A DNA stretch of 64,000 bases from positions 32,001 through 96,000 of the forward strand of contig JBBCAW010000003.1 of NCBI GenBank assembly GCA_051382295.1. The letters run 5' to 3'. Of this stretch, positions 10,628-19,794 are shown one piece after another; positions within the stretch are counted from its first letter, which is position 1, and each line of letters opens with the position of its first letter. Origin of the DNA: Bdellovibrionota bacterium FG-1. GTDB taxonomy: Bacteria > Bdellovibrionota > UBA1018. The position numbers and the translations under genes are program-made. The notes beneath the pieces are model-generated. The model was not told where the DNA came from. It saw only the letters and a program-made list of their open reading frames with translations, and made no database searches.

Positions 10628-11804
10628 TTCGTCGGTTTTATTGAATTCGCTTCGACCCAGGTTGAATCAGTTGGTCGTTTGCTTATCCCATTCCTGGGGA
10701 GGGTTGGAGCAGGTCGCGGCCAATGATGCGGTGGATGTCGGGGCTTTGGGGATCAAGGTCCATGTGATGGTCCTCGAGGGGAGCCCCATTCACGAAAATC
10801 TTGCACATCGAAAAGAAGTATCGTTAGTGCCGCTGAATTTTAGGCCGCGGAATTATTTTGATTTGCGGATGAGGACCGAGTTGGAACGGTGGTTTTCTCA
10901 AGGTGTTAATTTGATCCATAGTCATCAGACTTCTGTTTTGGGTTCGATTGTACCCTGGCTCTGGGGGCATCCTGAGGTGGCGATGCTTTGCACTCGACAC
11001 ATCATGAGCAATCACAATAAAAAGAATTTTTTCCATCGTGCTATTTATCGTCGGTTGGACGCACTCATGGTGATTAGTCGAAGCGTTAAGCTCAATGTCA
11101 TGGATACTCATCCGATTCGGGAGCGGTTTGTTAAGGTGGTTAATTTGGGGCTCGATTTTGATCGTTTTGATCCTGAAAAGGTCGATTCGGTCGGGGAGCG
11201 GGCCAAGTGGCACGCGGACGATGAAACGGTGGTGATTGGTTTAGTGGGGCGGATTGATCCTGCCAAGGGGCAGGCGACTTTCATCAAAGCTGCCGCGGGA
11301 TTGCTCAAAAGTTTACGGGCCGGTGAAAAGCTCAAATTTGTGATTGTCGGCGAAGAAACTCTCGGCTCCTCGGGTACCTATCTCGAAGAGTTGAAGCGGA
11401 TGCTCAAACAGTTTCGGATGGAAGAACATTTTGTGTTCGTGGGCTATCAAGAAAATATCCCTGAAATCATGAGAGCTTTTGATATTTTTGTGATGCCGTC
11501 GAGACAGGAGGCCTTTGGTCTTGTTGCGATCGAGGCTATGTCAATGGAGTGCCCGATCATTATTTCATCGGGAGGGAGTGCCGAAGAAATCGTGGGCGAG
11601 CGAGCGGATTTCGGACTGACGATACGTCCCGACGATGCCTTTGATTTGCAACGCCAGATTCGCTTTATGTTGGATAATCCGATGAAGCGCATTCAAATGG
11701 GGCAAAAAGCTCGTGAACACGTCAGGCGCAACTATGATCGGCGAGCGCGGCTCCAGCGAACACTCGAGATCTACGAGGCTGCCTTGCGTCGGCGTGGCAA
11801 CTGA
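10608..11804 (+). CDS. GT4 family glycosyltransferase (LPS core related)
   Basis: WGGLE, GRIDPAKG, PSRQEAFGLVAIEAM; GTG start at 10608 after GGAG chosen over the longer ORF-track start. Confidence 0.9.
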   Translation: MAFDLGDSSVLLNSLRPRLNQLVVCLSHSWGGLEQVAANDAVDVGALGIKVHVMVLEGSPIHENLAHRKEVSLVPLNFRPRNYFDLRMRTELERWFSQGVNLIHSHQTSVLGSIVPWLWGHPEVAMLCTRHIMSNHNKKNFFHRAIYRRLDALMVISRSVKLNVMDTHPIRERFVKVVNLGLDFDRFDPEKVDSVGERAKWHADDETVVIGLVGRIDPAKGQATFIKAAAGLLKSLRAGEKLKFVIVGEETLGSSGTYLEELKRMLKQFRMEEHFVFVGYQENIPEIMRAFDIFVMPSRQEAFGLVAIEAMSMECPIIISSGGSAEEIVGERADFGLTIRPDDAFDLQRQIRFMLDNPMKRIQMGQKAREHVRRNYDRRARLQRTLEIYEAALRRRGN

Positions 11805-12379
11805 GGCTTGAGCGCCCGATCAATCCGATTTTTCAAAAAATCGAGTGATCCACGAACTTGTCTGACGGTTTTTTGCATTTCGCCCTGAAGCTCCCTGGCT
11901 CGAAATACTGGATTTCGCAATCTCCAGGCGATTTGATCCGCACGGTTTCGGATCTGCGAATCCAGTTGCGTGGCAAAGCGGCCGAGTCGGGTCGAAGTGG
12001 GTTGTCCATAGGTCTGATCGAGGTATTCGACAATGGCTGCACTTTTATAGAGTTTAATGCCGTGGGTATGGTCGATCAAAAAGGGTACTTGATCCTTGCC
12101 TCCCGCACGGAGCAGTTGTTCGTGTTTGAGGGGAGCATCGTCCGAAACATTGTGGGCAACAAAGTCTAGTCCCAGTTGGGTGAGTCGATTGCGGACGGCA
12201 TGGCTGAATGGGCAGTCTTCTTTTTGATAGAGTTCCAGGGTGGGGGGTTGCCCCCGGGGAGCAGGGCTTTGTGGGGCTCCTGAGGCACTCCTTTGGGCAC
12301 GTCCGGGGCTAGAACTGGGTCTCTTATTCATTTCCTGAGTTCTTTTAATGTAATTGGGACTGTTAGTGAAGGTTTTCAT
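11771..12379 (-). CDS. Glutaredoxin/GST N-terminal domain protein with helical C-terminal extension
   Basis: LELYQKEDCPFS, GGKDQVPFLID, SAAIVEYL. Confidence 0.8.
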   Translation of the reverse strand: MKTFTNSPNYIKRTQEMNKRPSSSPGRAQRSASGAPQSPAPRGQPPTLELYQKEDCPFSHAVRNRLTQLGLDFVAHNVSDDAPLKHEQLLRAGGKDQVPFLIDHTHGIKLYKSAAIVEYLDQTYGQPTSTRLGRFATQLDSQIRNRADQIAWRLRNPVFRARELQGEMQKTVRQVRGSLDFLKNRIDRALKPQLPRRRKAAS

Positions 12380-12475
12380 AAGTCATAACCCGTTGAAGTT
12401 AAATGGTTAAAGTGAAAAATCTGCCCCTGTTTTATGACTCCAAGCAAAATTCACGTGGAGCTTCTGCCGAATGAA

Positions 12476-12491
12476 AGCAAGGGGTGTGCCG
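12476..12491 (-). promoter_or_regulatory. Sigma54 (-24/-12) promoter candidate for the glutaredoxin/GST gene
   Basis: Minus strand CGGCACACCCCTTGCT = GG-N10-GC, close to TGGCACG-N4-TTGCW. Confidence 0.6.
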
Positions 12492-12677
12492 TAGTGGTCC
12501 TAGTGGATGATGGGTGCCGAGCGGCAAAAAAGTGATAAACCTCGTAACGAGGCTTTGACAAAGGGATTTGGGGTATTTATACGTGTACATCTCTTTCTGT
12601 TAAAAACGGTCAGAAACTCAAAATGCCGCATTGCAGCAAAAGTTTCGACCGAGCAGGAAAGTCTGAAAGGTAATTGA

Positions 12678-14489
12678 GTGCAAATGGTAGTCAAGCAAAC
12701 GGGGGAAGAAACCCTCAAAAAGGCTCCTAAGAATCAAAGCTGGATGGATGAATTCGCGTCCGATTTCGGTCCCGAAGAATCCTCCGTGCATGGAGACGAT
12801 CAAGAAGAAAGTTTTGCTGAATTGTTTGAAGCCTCGCAGGCTCAGCAAGAAATTAAAGAAGGCGAAGTGGTTGACGGCACTGTCGTCGCCATCGGGCCAG
12901 AGTACGCTACGATTGATATCGGTTATAAATGTGAAGGTCTCGTACCTCTGCAAGAATTTCGCGACGCTCAAGGCGTGGCTCACGTAGCAGTGGGCGACGT
13001 GGTGAGCGTGTATCTCGAGCGTATGGAGCTCGAAAATGGTTTCATGCTCCTCTCCAAGGACAAGGCAGAAATCATTCGGGCCTGGGACGAAATCTCCCAA
13101 GCCTGCGAAAAAGATCAACTGGTCGAAGGAACTGTCATCGCCAAGGTGAAGGGCGGTTTGTCGGTCGATATCGGTGTTAAGGCTTTCTTGCCTGGCAGCC
13201 AAATCGACACGAAGCCGGTTAAAAACCTGGATAAGTTCTTGGGTAAGAAGCTCAAGTTCAAGATCATCAAGTTCAATAAGAAGCGCGGCAATATCGTGCT
13301 TTCTCGTCGTGCGGTGGTGGCTCAGGAGCGCGAACTTCAACGTGCTGAAACCTTATCCAACCTGCAAGAAGGCATGATTGTCACCGGAACTGTGAAGAAC
13401 ATCACTGAGTACGGCGCTTTCATCGACTTGGGCGGTATGGATGGACTTCTGCATATCACGGACATGAGCTGGGGTCGCATCAAGCACCCAAGTGAATTGT
13501 TTGCGGTGGGCGACGAAGTTAAAGTTAAGGTTCTTAAGTACGATCGTGAAAAGGAACGCGTTTCACTGGGTCTCAAGCAGGCCCAAGCTAATCCTTGGGA
13601 TGATGTCGAGTACAAGTTCCCTGTGGGCGTTAAGGTGAAGGGCAAAGTGGTCAGTCTTAAAGACTACGGCGCTTTTGTGGAACTGGAAGATGGCATTGAA
13701 GGCCTCATCCATGTTTCAGAAATGTCCTGGACTGAACGCGTGAAGCATCCTTCCAAGATCATCAACGTCGGTGATGAAGTGGAATGCAAGGTTCTCGAAG
13801 TTGATCCGAAACAAAAGCGGATCTCTTTGGGACTCAAGCAACTCCAGCAGAATCCTTGGGATGAACTTGAAGTGAAGTTCCCAATCGGTTCCGTGATTGA
13901 AGAAGCTGAAGTCAAGTCGGTGACTGATTTCGGCGTTTTCGTCGACATCGGTATGGGCATTGACGGCTTGATTCATATTAGCGACATCGCTTGGACGAAG
14001 AAATTTGCGCATCCTTCTGAAAAATACAAGAAGGGCGACAAAGTTCGTTGCGTCGTTCTCGGTATCGACAAGCAGAGCGAGAAGTTCTCGCTCGGCGTGA
14101 AGCAGCTTGAGCGCGATCCTTGGGAAAGTATCAAGGCTCGTTATAAGCCTGGTACCGCGATCGAAGGACCTGTGACTAAGCTCACGGACTTCGGTGCATT
14201 TGTCGAAATTGAAGAAGGCGTCGAAGGCTTGGTCTACGTTTCCGAAATCGCAGACCATCGCATTGAGAAGCCAGCCGATGTGCTCAAGGTGGGAGATCAG
14301 GTTCGCGCCGAAATTCTCTCGATTGAGCCTAAGGAACGTCGTATCGGGTTGTCGATCAAGCAATTGGGTCGGACTGAAGAGCGCCAAAACTACGAATCTT
14401 TCGTAGGCGAGCGCGGCAAGAAGACCTCGATGGGCGACATCCTGGGTGAGAAGCTCAAAGCTGCCCTGAGCAAGGGCGAAAAAGAGTAA
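12678..14489 (+). CDS. rpsA: 30S ribosomal protein S1
   Basis: Six S1 repeats (YGAFIDLGGMDGLLHITDMSW, GIEGLIHVSEMSW), codon pattern typical of highly expressed genes; TTGACA at 12555. Confidence 0.98.
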   Translation: MQMVVKQTGEETLKKAPKNQSWMDEFASDFGPEESSVHGDDQEESFAELFEASQAQQEIKEGEVVDGTVVAIGPEYATIDIGYKCEGLVPLQEFRDAQGVAHVAVGDVVSVYLERMELENGFMLLSKDKAEIIRAWDEISQACEKDQLVEGTVIAKVKGGLSVDIGVKAFLPGSQIDTKPVKNLDKFLGKKLKFKIIKFNKKRGNIVLSRRAVVAQERELQRAETLSNLQEGMIVTGTVKNITEYGAFIDLGGMDGLLHITDMSWGRIKHPSELFAVGDEVKVKVLKYDREKERVSLGLKQAQANPWDDVEYKFPVGVKVKGKVVSLKDYGAFVELEDGIEGLIHVSEMSWTERVKHPSKIINVGDEVECKVLEVDPKQKRISLGLKQLQQNPWDELEVKFPIGSVIEEAEVKSVTDFGVFVDIGMGIDGLIHISDIAWTKKFAHPSEKYKKGDKVRCVVLGIDKQSEKFSLGVKQLERDPWESIKARYKPGTAIEGPVTKLTDFGAFVEIEEGVEGLVYVSEIADHRIEKPADVLKVGDQVRAEILSIEPKERRIGLSIKQLGRTEERQNYESFVGERGKKTSMGDILGEKLKAALSKGEKE

Positions 14490-14514
14490 CTCGGTCTTGA
14501 GTATTTGAATTGAT

Positions 14515-14551
14515 AACGCCGCACTCGGGGTTCCTGAGTGCGGCGTTTTTT
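14515..14551 (+). terminator. Intrinsic terminator of rpsA
   Basis: AACGCCGCACTC...GAGTGCGGCGTT hairpin running into a T tract. Confidence 0.9.
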
Positions 14552-14578
14552 ATGCGGTCAGGGGTTTTGCGTTAAATT

Positions 14579-14613
14579 GCCATATTGACTTATGGCGTTA
14601 ATTATGGCATTCT
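14579..14613 (+). promoter_or_regulatory. vapB promoter/operator
   Basis: TTGACT-17 bp-CATTCT; GCCATA/TATGGC inverted repeat flanks the -35, second TATGGC at 14603. Confidence 0.55.
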
Positions 14614-14619
14614 GTAGAT

Positions 14620-14823
14620 ATGTCGCAGGCAAAAAAAATTACCGTTCATGTACCCGAAGAATTGCTCAAGAAAGCGCAGGCCTCAACTCGCCAAGGGATT
14701 ACTGAGACTATTCGGCGAGGCTTGCAACTCGTTGCCGCGAGCGAATCCTATGAGGCGTTGCGGAGCCTGCGTGGGCAGGTGAAATTTTCGATCGATCTGA
14801 ATCGAATCCGAGAGGATCGTTGA
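14620..14823 (+). CDS. VapB-type (RHH-like) antitoxin
   Basis: 67 aa, KKITVHVPEELL; overlaps the PIN gene (TGATG). Confidence 0.8.
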   Translation: MSQAKKITVHVPEELLKKAQASTRQGITETIRRGLQLVAASESYEALRSLRGQVKFSIDLNRIREDR

Positions 14824-15200
14824 TGATCGCCGTGGATACTAGTTCTTTTATCGCCTATTTGGAGGGCGCCGCTGGAAAAGACCTCGAAATTTTGGATGAG
14901 GCGCTCGCAGCCAAGCAGGTGGTTCTTCCGCCCATGGTCTTAACAGAATTATTGAGTGATAGTAGTTTACCGAAAAAGGTCGTTGAATTGTTCAAGACGC
15001 TGCCCCTTCTTGAAATTTCCGAAGGATATTGGGAGCGGTGTGGGATCAGTCGAGCCGCTGTTTTGGCCAAAGGTCATAAAGCCCGAGTCGCGGATGCATT
15101 GATTGCTCAGTCTTGCCTGGATCATGAGGTCGGGCTGCTCACTCGTGACGGCGATTTTCGGGCCTTTGCAACTAGGTGTGGTCTGATTTTGGTTAGGTAG
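14823..15200 (+). CDS. PIN-domain toxin (VapC family)
   Basis: IAVDTS, ELL, ADALIA, LLTRDGDF acidic PIN residues. Confidence 0.92.
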   Translation: MIAVDTSSFIAYLEGAAGKDLEILDEALAAKQVVLPPMVLTELLSDSSLPKKVVELFKTLPLLEISEGYWERCGISRAAVLAKGHKARVADALIAQSCLDHEVGLLTRDGDFRAFATRCGLILVR

Positions 15201-15277
15201 TTTGCGGACGGTCCCTGTGTGCTGCTTTGCGTTGTTTTTTGATAGACACCCAGTCTCCTTTGGCATATTCCTCCGCC

Positions 15278-16168
15278 ATGCTCCGCTTTTTGCTTCTTCT
15301 CGTCTGCGCAATAAGTGCATCCCTCGCCTCGGCCTCTCTTTCTGACGCTGCGCCTTGGGTGATCGGCCATCGAGGCTTGGGGCAAGGGCATGCGCCCGAA
15401 CCCGAAAACAGCGTTTTGGCTCTGAGCGCAGCTTTGCAAATGGGGGCCACGGCGGTCGAGTTTGACGTCCAGCTCACTTCCGATGGTCAAGTGATCTTGG
15501 CTCATGATTCGCGGCTGGAGCGGATCACCGATGGTCAGGGTTGTGTGGCAGAGACTCCCTTTGCTGACATGAAGCAGCTGAGCCTCAAAGATGGCAAGGG
15601 CCGGGTTCATCCTGAGGTGGGCGTAGGGACGTTCACTGAGGCCCTCGAAGTCCTCAAAGCGCAAGACGTGTCGGGCCCCGTGGTTCGATCACGCCCCTTT
15701 ATCGCGGACATTCATATCAAGGTTTATGACTTTTTCCGGGGCGATTATGGGGGTTGGGATAACCATGGCTGCAGGCGTACCGCTTGGGCCGAGTTAACAG
15801 ACAGGGTGTTGGCTCAAACGGCTCAGGCCGGTTTGATGGATCGCGTGATTTTTACTTCCTTTGATCGACGGGTTTTGAATCGAATTCGGGCGGCCTATCC
15901 ACGAGCGAAAGTGGGGCTTTTGACCATGCTCGACTCAAAAGGCGCGATTGAGTTCGCTCACAAGCGCCGTTATAACTTTGTGGCGCTCAATGATTTTCGC
16001 TTTACGCCGGTGCAGGTGAGTCGTGCCCATGAGTCGGGGATTCAGGTGCTGAGCTGGTCCCCTAGTACATTGTCTCAACTCGATTGGGAGCGTGATGCCG
16101 GGGTAGACGGCTGGATCACGGATAATGTACCCGCCGCAATTGACAGGAATCGCTCGACTCAGCCATGA
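15278..16168 (+). CDS. Glycerophosphodiester phosphodiesterase family, signal peptide
   Basis: IGHRG, PENS, VEFDVQLTSDG, HD, GVDGWITD. Confidence 0.92.
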   Translation: MLRFLLLLVCAISASLASASLSDAAPWVIGHRGLGQGHAPEPENSVLALSAALQMGATAVEFDVQLTSDGQVILAHDSRLERITDGQGCVAETPFADMKQLSLKDGKGRVHPEVGVGTFTEALEVLKAQDVSGPVVRSRPFIADIHIKVYDFFRGDYGGWDNHGCRRTAWAELTDRVLAQTAQAGLMDRVIFTSFDRRVLNRIRAAYPRAKVGLLTMLDSKGAIEFAHKRRYNFVALNDFRFTPVQVSRAHESGIQVLSWSPSTLSQLDWERDAGVDGWITDNVPAAIDRNRSTQP

Positions 16169-16177
16169 TGGGGCCCT

Positions 16178-17200
16178 ATGACGGCTCCAGAAAATCGTAA
16201 GTTGCCAAAAAGGTTGAATCCCCTGACATGGGTTCTTGCTCTGTCCTCGGTGTTTTTTATGGTCTTTTTGATTATTTCCGGGGGTATTTACCTTTACCAT
16301 TCGCCGGGGCAGGCCAAAGAAAAACGAAGTTTCCTTTCGGGCGGCGGCGGTCAGGTCGGGATCATCGAGTTGAATGGCGTCATTATGGACTCCAAAAAAA
16401 TTCTCAAAAATCTCGAACATTTCGCGGATGACGACGAGATCAAAGCCGTGGTGCTCCGGTTGAACTCTCCTGGCGGGGCCGTGGCGCCTTCGCAAGAAAT
16501 TTATGAAGCGGTCAAAGCCTATAAAAAGCCGCTCGTGGTTTCTATGTCTTCGGTCGCCGCAAGCGGCGCTTACTACATCGCGATGGGCGCCAAGCGTGTT
16601 TATGCTAATCCCGGCACGATCACGGGCTCGATTGGCGTGATTATGGAGTTCGTCAATCTGCAAAAGCTTTATGAATGGGCCAAGGTTCAGCGCTACTCGA
16701 TCAAAACCGGAAAATTTAAAGATGCGGGCGCTGAATACCGCGAAATGACGACCGAGGAGCGCGAACTCTTGCAAACCATGGTCAACGACGTGCTTTTGCA
16801 ATTCAAAAAAGCCGTCGCGACCGGTCGAAAACTTTCGATGGAAAAGGTCGATGCTATTGCGGATGGTCGCATTTTTTCAGGCGCGCAGGCCAAGGCTCTT
16901 AATCTGGTCGATGAATTGGGCACTTTAGACATGGCGATCGCTGATGCTGCTCGGCAGGCAAAAATTACGGGCAAGCCTCATTCGGTGTATCCCGAGCGCC
17001 GGCGTTCGAGTCGTTTGCTCGAGTTGCTCATGGATGAAGGCGCTCATGATGAATCTGCGGCGGAGTCATCCGTGTCTCCGGTTCGTGGAGTAGTGGCGCA
17101 GCTTGCACGTGCGTTTCTCGGCGAACGTGCCGAACAAGTGACTCGCGAAGCTCTTCCGGAGCCGGGTGTTTATTGGCTTTGGAAAGGGGCCCGCTGGTAA
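16178..17200 (+). CDS. sppA: Signal peptide peptidase SppA (36K type)
   Basis: LRLNSPGG, AASGAYYIA, TITGSIGV, DGRIFSGAQA. Confidence 0.95.
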   Translation: MTAPENRKLPKRLNPLTWVLALSSVFFMVFLIISGGIYLYHSPGQAKEKRSFLSGGGGQVGIIELNGVIMDSKKILKNLEHFADDDEIKAVVLRLNSPGGAVAPSQEIYEAVKAYKKPLVVSMSSVAASGAYYIAMGAKRVYANPGTITGSIGVIMEFVNLQKLYEWAKVQRYSIKTGKFKDAGAEYREMTTEERELLQTMVNDVLLQFKKAVATGRKLSMEKVDAIADGRIFSGAQAKALNLVDELGTLDMAIADAARQAKITGKPHSVYPERRRSSRLLELLMDEGAHDESAAESSVSPVRGVVAQLARAFLGERAEQVTREALPEPGVYWLWKGARW

Positions 17201-18456
17201 TGGGCTATCCAAGAGATCTAGCCGTGCGAGTGCTCACACGGGTTTTGAGCGACCACGAACCATTAGATGAGGCGCTGATTGCGTTAGCGAATGCGGTGCC
17301 TCCATCGGACCGGGCGTGGTTGCAAGAAGTTTGTTCGGGCACGTTGCGATGGCGCGGACGATTGGATCGAGCCGTCGATTCAACCGCCATCAAGAAAAAG
17401 CCTTCAGGCTGGCTGCGGAAGGTTTTGCTCATCGCGGCCTATCAATTGGTCGTGCAGGAGCGGACCTCTCCCGCCGCAGTGGTTAACGAAACGGTCAATG
17501 AAGTGAAACGCAAGGAAGGAGAAGCGCCTGCGAAGTTTGCCAATGCAGCTCTTCGTAAAATCGCCGAGCATGGAGTAGCGTGGCGTGAGCTCAAGTTGAA
17601 AGAAGGGGCCTCAACCCTTGATGGATCGGGTTGGGCAAGTTTGCCCGAATGGCTGTGGAAGCGCCTTTGCGCCACTCGGGGCGAAGAGTGGGCGCGGGCT
17701 TATGCTTTGGCGTCGCTGGATCGTCCAAAGTTGTGGGTTCGCGCAAAAAGTGCCGATTTTAAGGCGGATTGGGCAGTCGTCGGGCCAGTGGTCGGATCTT
17801 TTGAGGTGACTGAAGGCGGAGGGATTACCAGTAAAAGCGGCTTCGCCGAAGGTCATTTTTTTGTGCAGGATATTTCGAGTCAAAAATTGATAGCGGAAAT
17901 CACCGCTCGAATTCAGCAGCAGTGGCCGGAAGGTTTTGCTGAAGGCGCTGTTCGGCGCGCGCTCGATCTTTGCGCGGCTCCCGGTGGAAAAGCCGTCGGT
18001 TTGAGTTGGTCGGGATGGAGTGTGAGTGCGTCTGACCGGGATGCCGCGCGATACGCGCTTTTGCGAAACACGATTGAGCGGGTGGCTCCGGAGATTCAGG
18101 TGATCGAGCGCAATCAAGTGGGTGAGTTGCCTTTGCTGGATTTGGTTTGGGTCGATGCTCCGTGCTCGGGAACTGGGATTTTGCGCCGGCATCCAGATGT
18201 GCGCTGGTTGCGGCAGGAGCGCGAATTGGAAGGCCTCATGCGCGTGCAGCAGGAGCTCTTGGCAGAAGCATGGGACCGAGTGCGACCCGGCGGATTTTTG
18301 GTTTACTCGGTCTGCTCAGTGCTCAAAGAAGAAGGTGAGCAAGCTTTGAAGAAATTTATGGAAGGGCGTCAGGCGCAGAAGCTGGAACAGTGGTTTTTAG
18401 CACCTCAAGAGGCGCCTTATGGGGATGGGTTTTGGGCGGGCTTAATTCAAAAATAA
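17200..18456 (+). CDS. rsmB: RsmB/NOP-family rRNA m5C methyltransferase with N-terminal NusB-like domain
   Basis: FANAALR, VQD, LDLCAAPGGK, VDAPCSGTG, VYSVCS. Confidence 0.88.
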   Translation: MGYPRDLAVRVLTRVLSDHEPLDEALIALANAVPPSDRAWLQEVCSGTLRWRGRLDRAVDSTAIKKKPSGWLRKVLLIAAYQLVVQERTSPAAVVNETVNEVKRKEGEAPAKFANAALRKIAEHGVAWRELKLKEGASTLDGSGWASLPEWLWKRLCATRGEEWARAYALASLDRPKLWVRAKSADFKADWAVVGPVVGSFEVTEGGGITSKSGFAEGHFFVQDISSQKLIAEITARIQQQWPEGFAEGAVRRALDLCAAPGGKAVGLSWSGWSVSASDRDAARYALLRNTIERVAPEIQVIERNQVGELPLLDLVWVDAPCSGTGILRRHPDVRWLRQERELEGLMRVQQELLAEAWDRVRPGGFLVYSVCSVLKEEGEQALKKFMEGRQAQKLEQWFLAPQEAPYGDGFWAGLIQK

Positions 18457-18476
18457 TACGGAATCGGAATTATTTA

Positions 18477-18520
18477 AAATCAGTTATAAATCAAAATGTT
18501 GTATGGTTTATAACTGATTT
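18477..18520. repeat. Perfect 14-bp inverted repeat upstream of the Xre/RES pair
   Basis: AAATCAGTTATAAA-N16-TTTATAACTGATTT. Confidence 0.85.
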
Positions 18521-18588
18521 ATTCACTTTTATGTACGGTTTCGTGACAATGGATCGAAAAAGAGGTATAGTCATTCTTAGGAGGCTCT

Positions 18589-18996
18589 ATGCAGCTTGCT
18601 CGGAAAAGACCTGTGGTACCGATCCACGGTCCAGATGACGGTCTCAAAACCGCGCTCTGTCGGGTGCTTTTTGGCATTGAAGAGACTTGGGGGCTTGATC
18701 AGAATGATTTGGCTGGAATTCTCCATCGTCGTTCAAGCACGATTTCTGACTGGAAGACGAACCAGGCGGTCAGCGTTTCGCCTGTGAACCCATCGCCTAA
18801 CGATACGCAGATTTATGAGTTCATCGAGTTCTTCGATTCGGTGAGTTCTCTTTTTGTGCGGATTGAGGATCAGGTGGGGTGGTTGAAAACGGCTTCGCCT
18901 GATTTCGGCGGAAAGAGTCCGCTTGAGTTGTTGAAGCTCAATAATAAGAACCTATTTGCCCTTCGGGAATGGGTGGATCATCTGGCGCGGCCCTGA
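18589..18996 (+). CDS. Xre/MbcA/ParS-type antitoxin
   Basis: N-terminal HTH (LAGILHRRSSTISDW), C-terminal WL...FGGKSPLELL. Confidence 0.85.
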   Translation: MQLARKRPVVPIHGPDDGLKTALCRVLFGIEETWGLDQNDLAGILHRRSSTISDWKTNQAVSVSPVNPSPNDTQIYEFIEFFDSVSSLFVRIEDQVGWLKTASPDFGGKSPLELLKLNNKNLFALREWVDHLARP

Positions 18997-19001
18997 TTTT
19001 T

Positions 19002-19613
19002 ATGATTTTGTATCGAACCTCAAACCCTAAGCGTCGTCATTCTCTTGCCTTTTTGGTCACGCAGAGACAGCAAACAGCACTTCTTGCCCAGCTTGAGAAG
19101 CAGAGCTGGATTGATGAAGTCTTCAATCGCACCCTCCCTATTCCTGCTCAATACCCAACGCGATTCGGGCCAGCAGGGTTTAATAGAAATGTTTTCTATG
19201 CTTCCGAGCGGCGCGAGACAACTTTTTTTGAGTTTGGGTACGGATTACTTAAGGCTCAATCAGTGATCGGCCGTGGAATTGCGGCGGTCTGTTTTGAGGT
19301 CATGTTTAGGGGGCGGCGAGATCCGGATGATGTGAGTAGTGCGGAAAATTTGGAAGCGATTCTCAACCCTAAAGGCTATCAGGGCGCTCATCAGTGGCTT
19401 CTTGCGTTGTCCGCGATTCCCGAATCGGTTCGGTATCCGTCAGTTCGAGAACCGGGGGGGGATGGGGTGAATCTCGCGATTTATGAGCCTGAGGTGATTG
19501 TGGGGACCAGGGCTCAAATTGAAGATCTGATCCTGACGCCGCAATCGACTGGTTCCGTGGATGTCGAAAGCCTGTCTCGAGGAAGGCTCTCGACGATTGA
19601 TCCGATTCGTTGA
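19002..19613 (+). CDS. RES-domain toxin (NAD+ phosphorylase family)
   Basis: TRF...VFYAS...E, VRYPSVR, GVNLAIY; directly after the Xre-like antitoxin. Confidence 0.85.
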   Translation: MILYRTSNPKRRHSLAFLVTQRQQTALLAQLEKQSWIDEVFNRTLPIPAQYPTRFGPAGFNRNVFYASERRETTFFEFGYGLLKAQSVIGRGIAAVCFEVMFRGRRDPDDVSSAENLEAILNPKGYQGAHQWLLALSAIPESVRYPSVREPGGDGVNLAIYEPEVIVGTRAQIEDLILTPQSTGSVDVESLSRGRLSTIDPIR

Positions 19614-19620
19614 GATTCGG

Positions 19621-19669
19621 GAAGTAAATAAGAAAGAGATCCGGCTGGTCCCCTTGCGGAGACCAGCGG
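19621..19669 (-). terminator. Minus-strand intrinsic terminator candidate
   Basis: Minus strand CCGCTGGTCTCC-GCAA-GGGGACCAGCCGG followed by ATCTCTTTCTTATTT. Confidence 0.65.
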
Positions 19670-19767
19670 TCATTAGGTAGGTAAAATGAGGTATAATAGC
19701 AGAAAATTGTGATCAATCCCTGTCGCCCCAGAATATACGTACCGCAACACACGCACCAGAGATCGTG
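19625..19767 (-). ncRNA. Candidate sigma54-dependent small RNA
   Basis: About 140 nt between a sigma54 motif and a GNRA-loop terminator; no credible ORF fits. Confidence 0.4.
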
Positions 19768-19778
19768 ACACAGTAGTA

Positions 19779-19794
19779 TGCACCGAGCGTGCCA
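19779..19794 (-). promoter_or_regulatory. Sigma54 promoter candidate
   Basis: Minus strand TGGCACGCTCGGTGCA (GG-N10-GC; one mismatch to TGGCACG-N4-TTGCA). Confidence 0.6.

Noticed and set aside
12618..14387. Long minus-strand ORFs (240 aa, 223 aa) opposite rpsA
   Set aside because: Antisense shadows of a highly biased gene; no motifs
15935..16801. 288-aa minus-strand ORF
   Set aside because: Shadow of sppA and the GDPD gene
19369..19752. 127-aa minus-strand ORF starting just after the sigma54 motif
   Set aside because: No RBS, crosses the terminator hairpin and overlaps the RES gene antisense; an sRNA fits better
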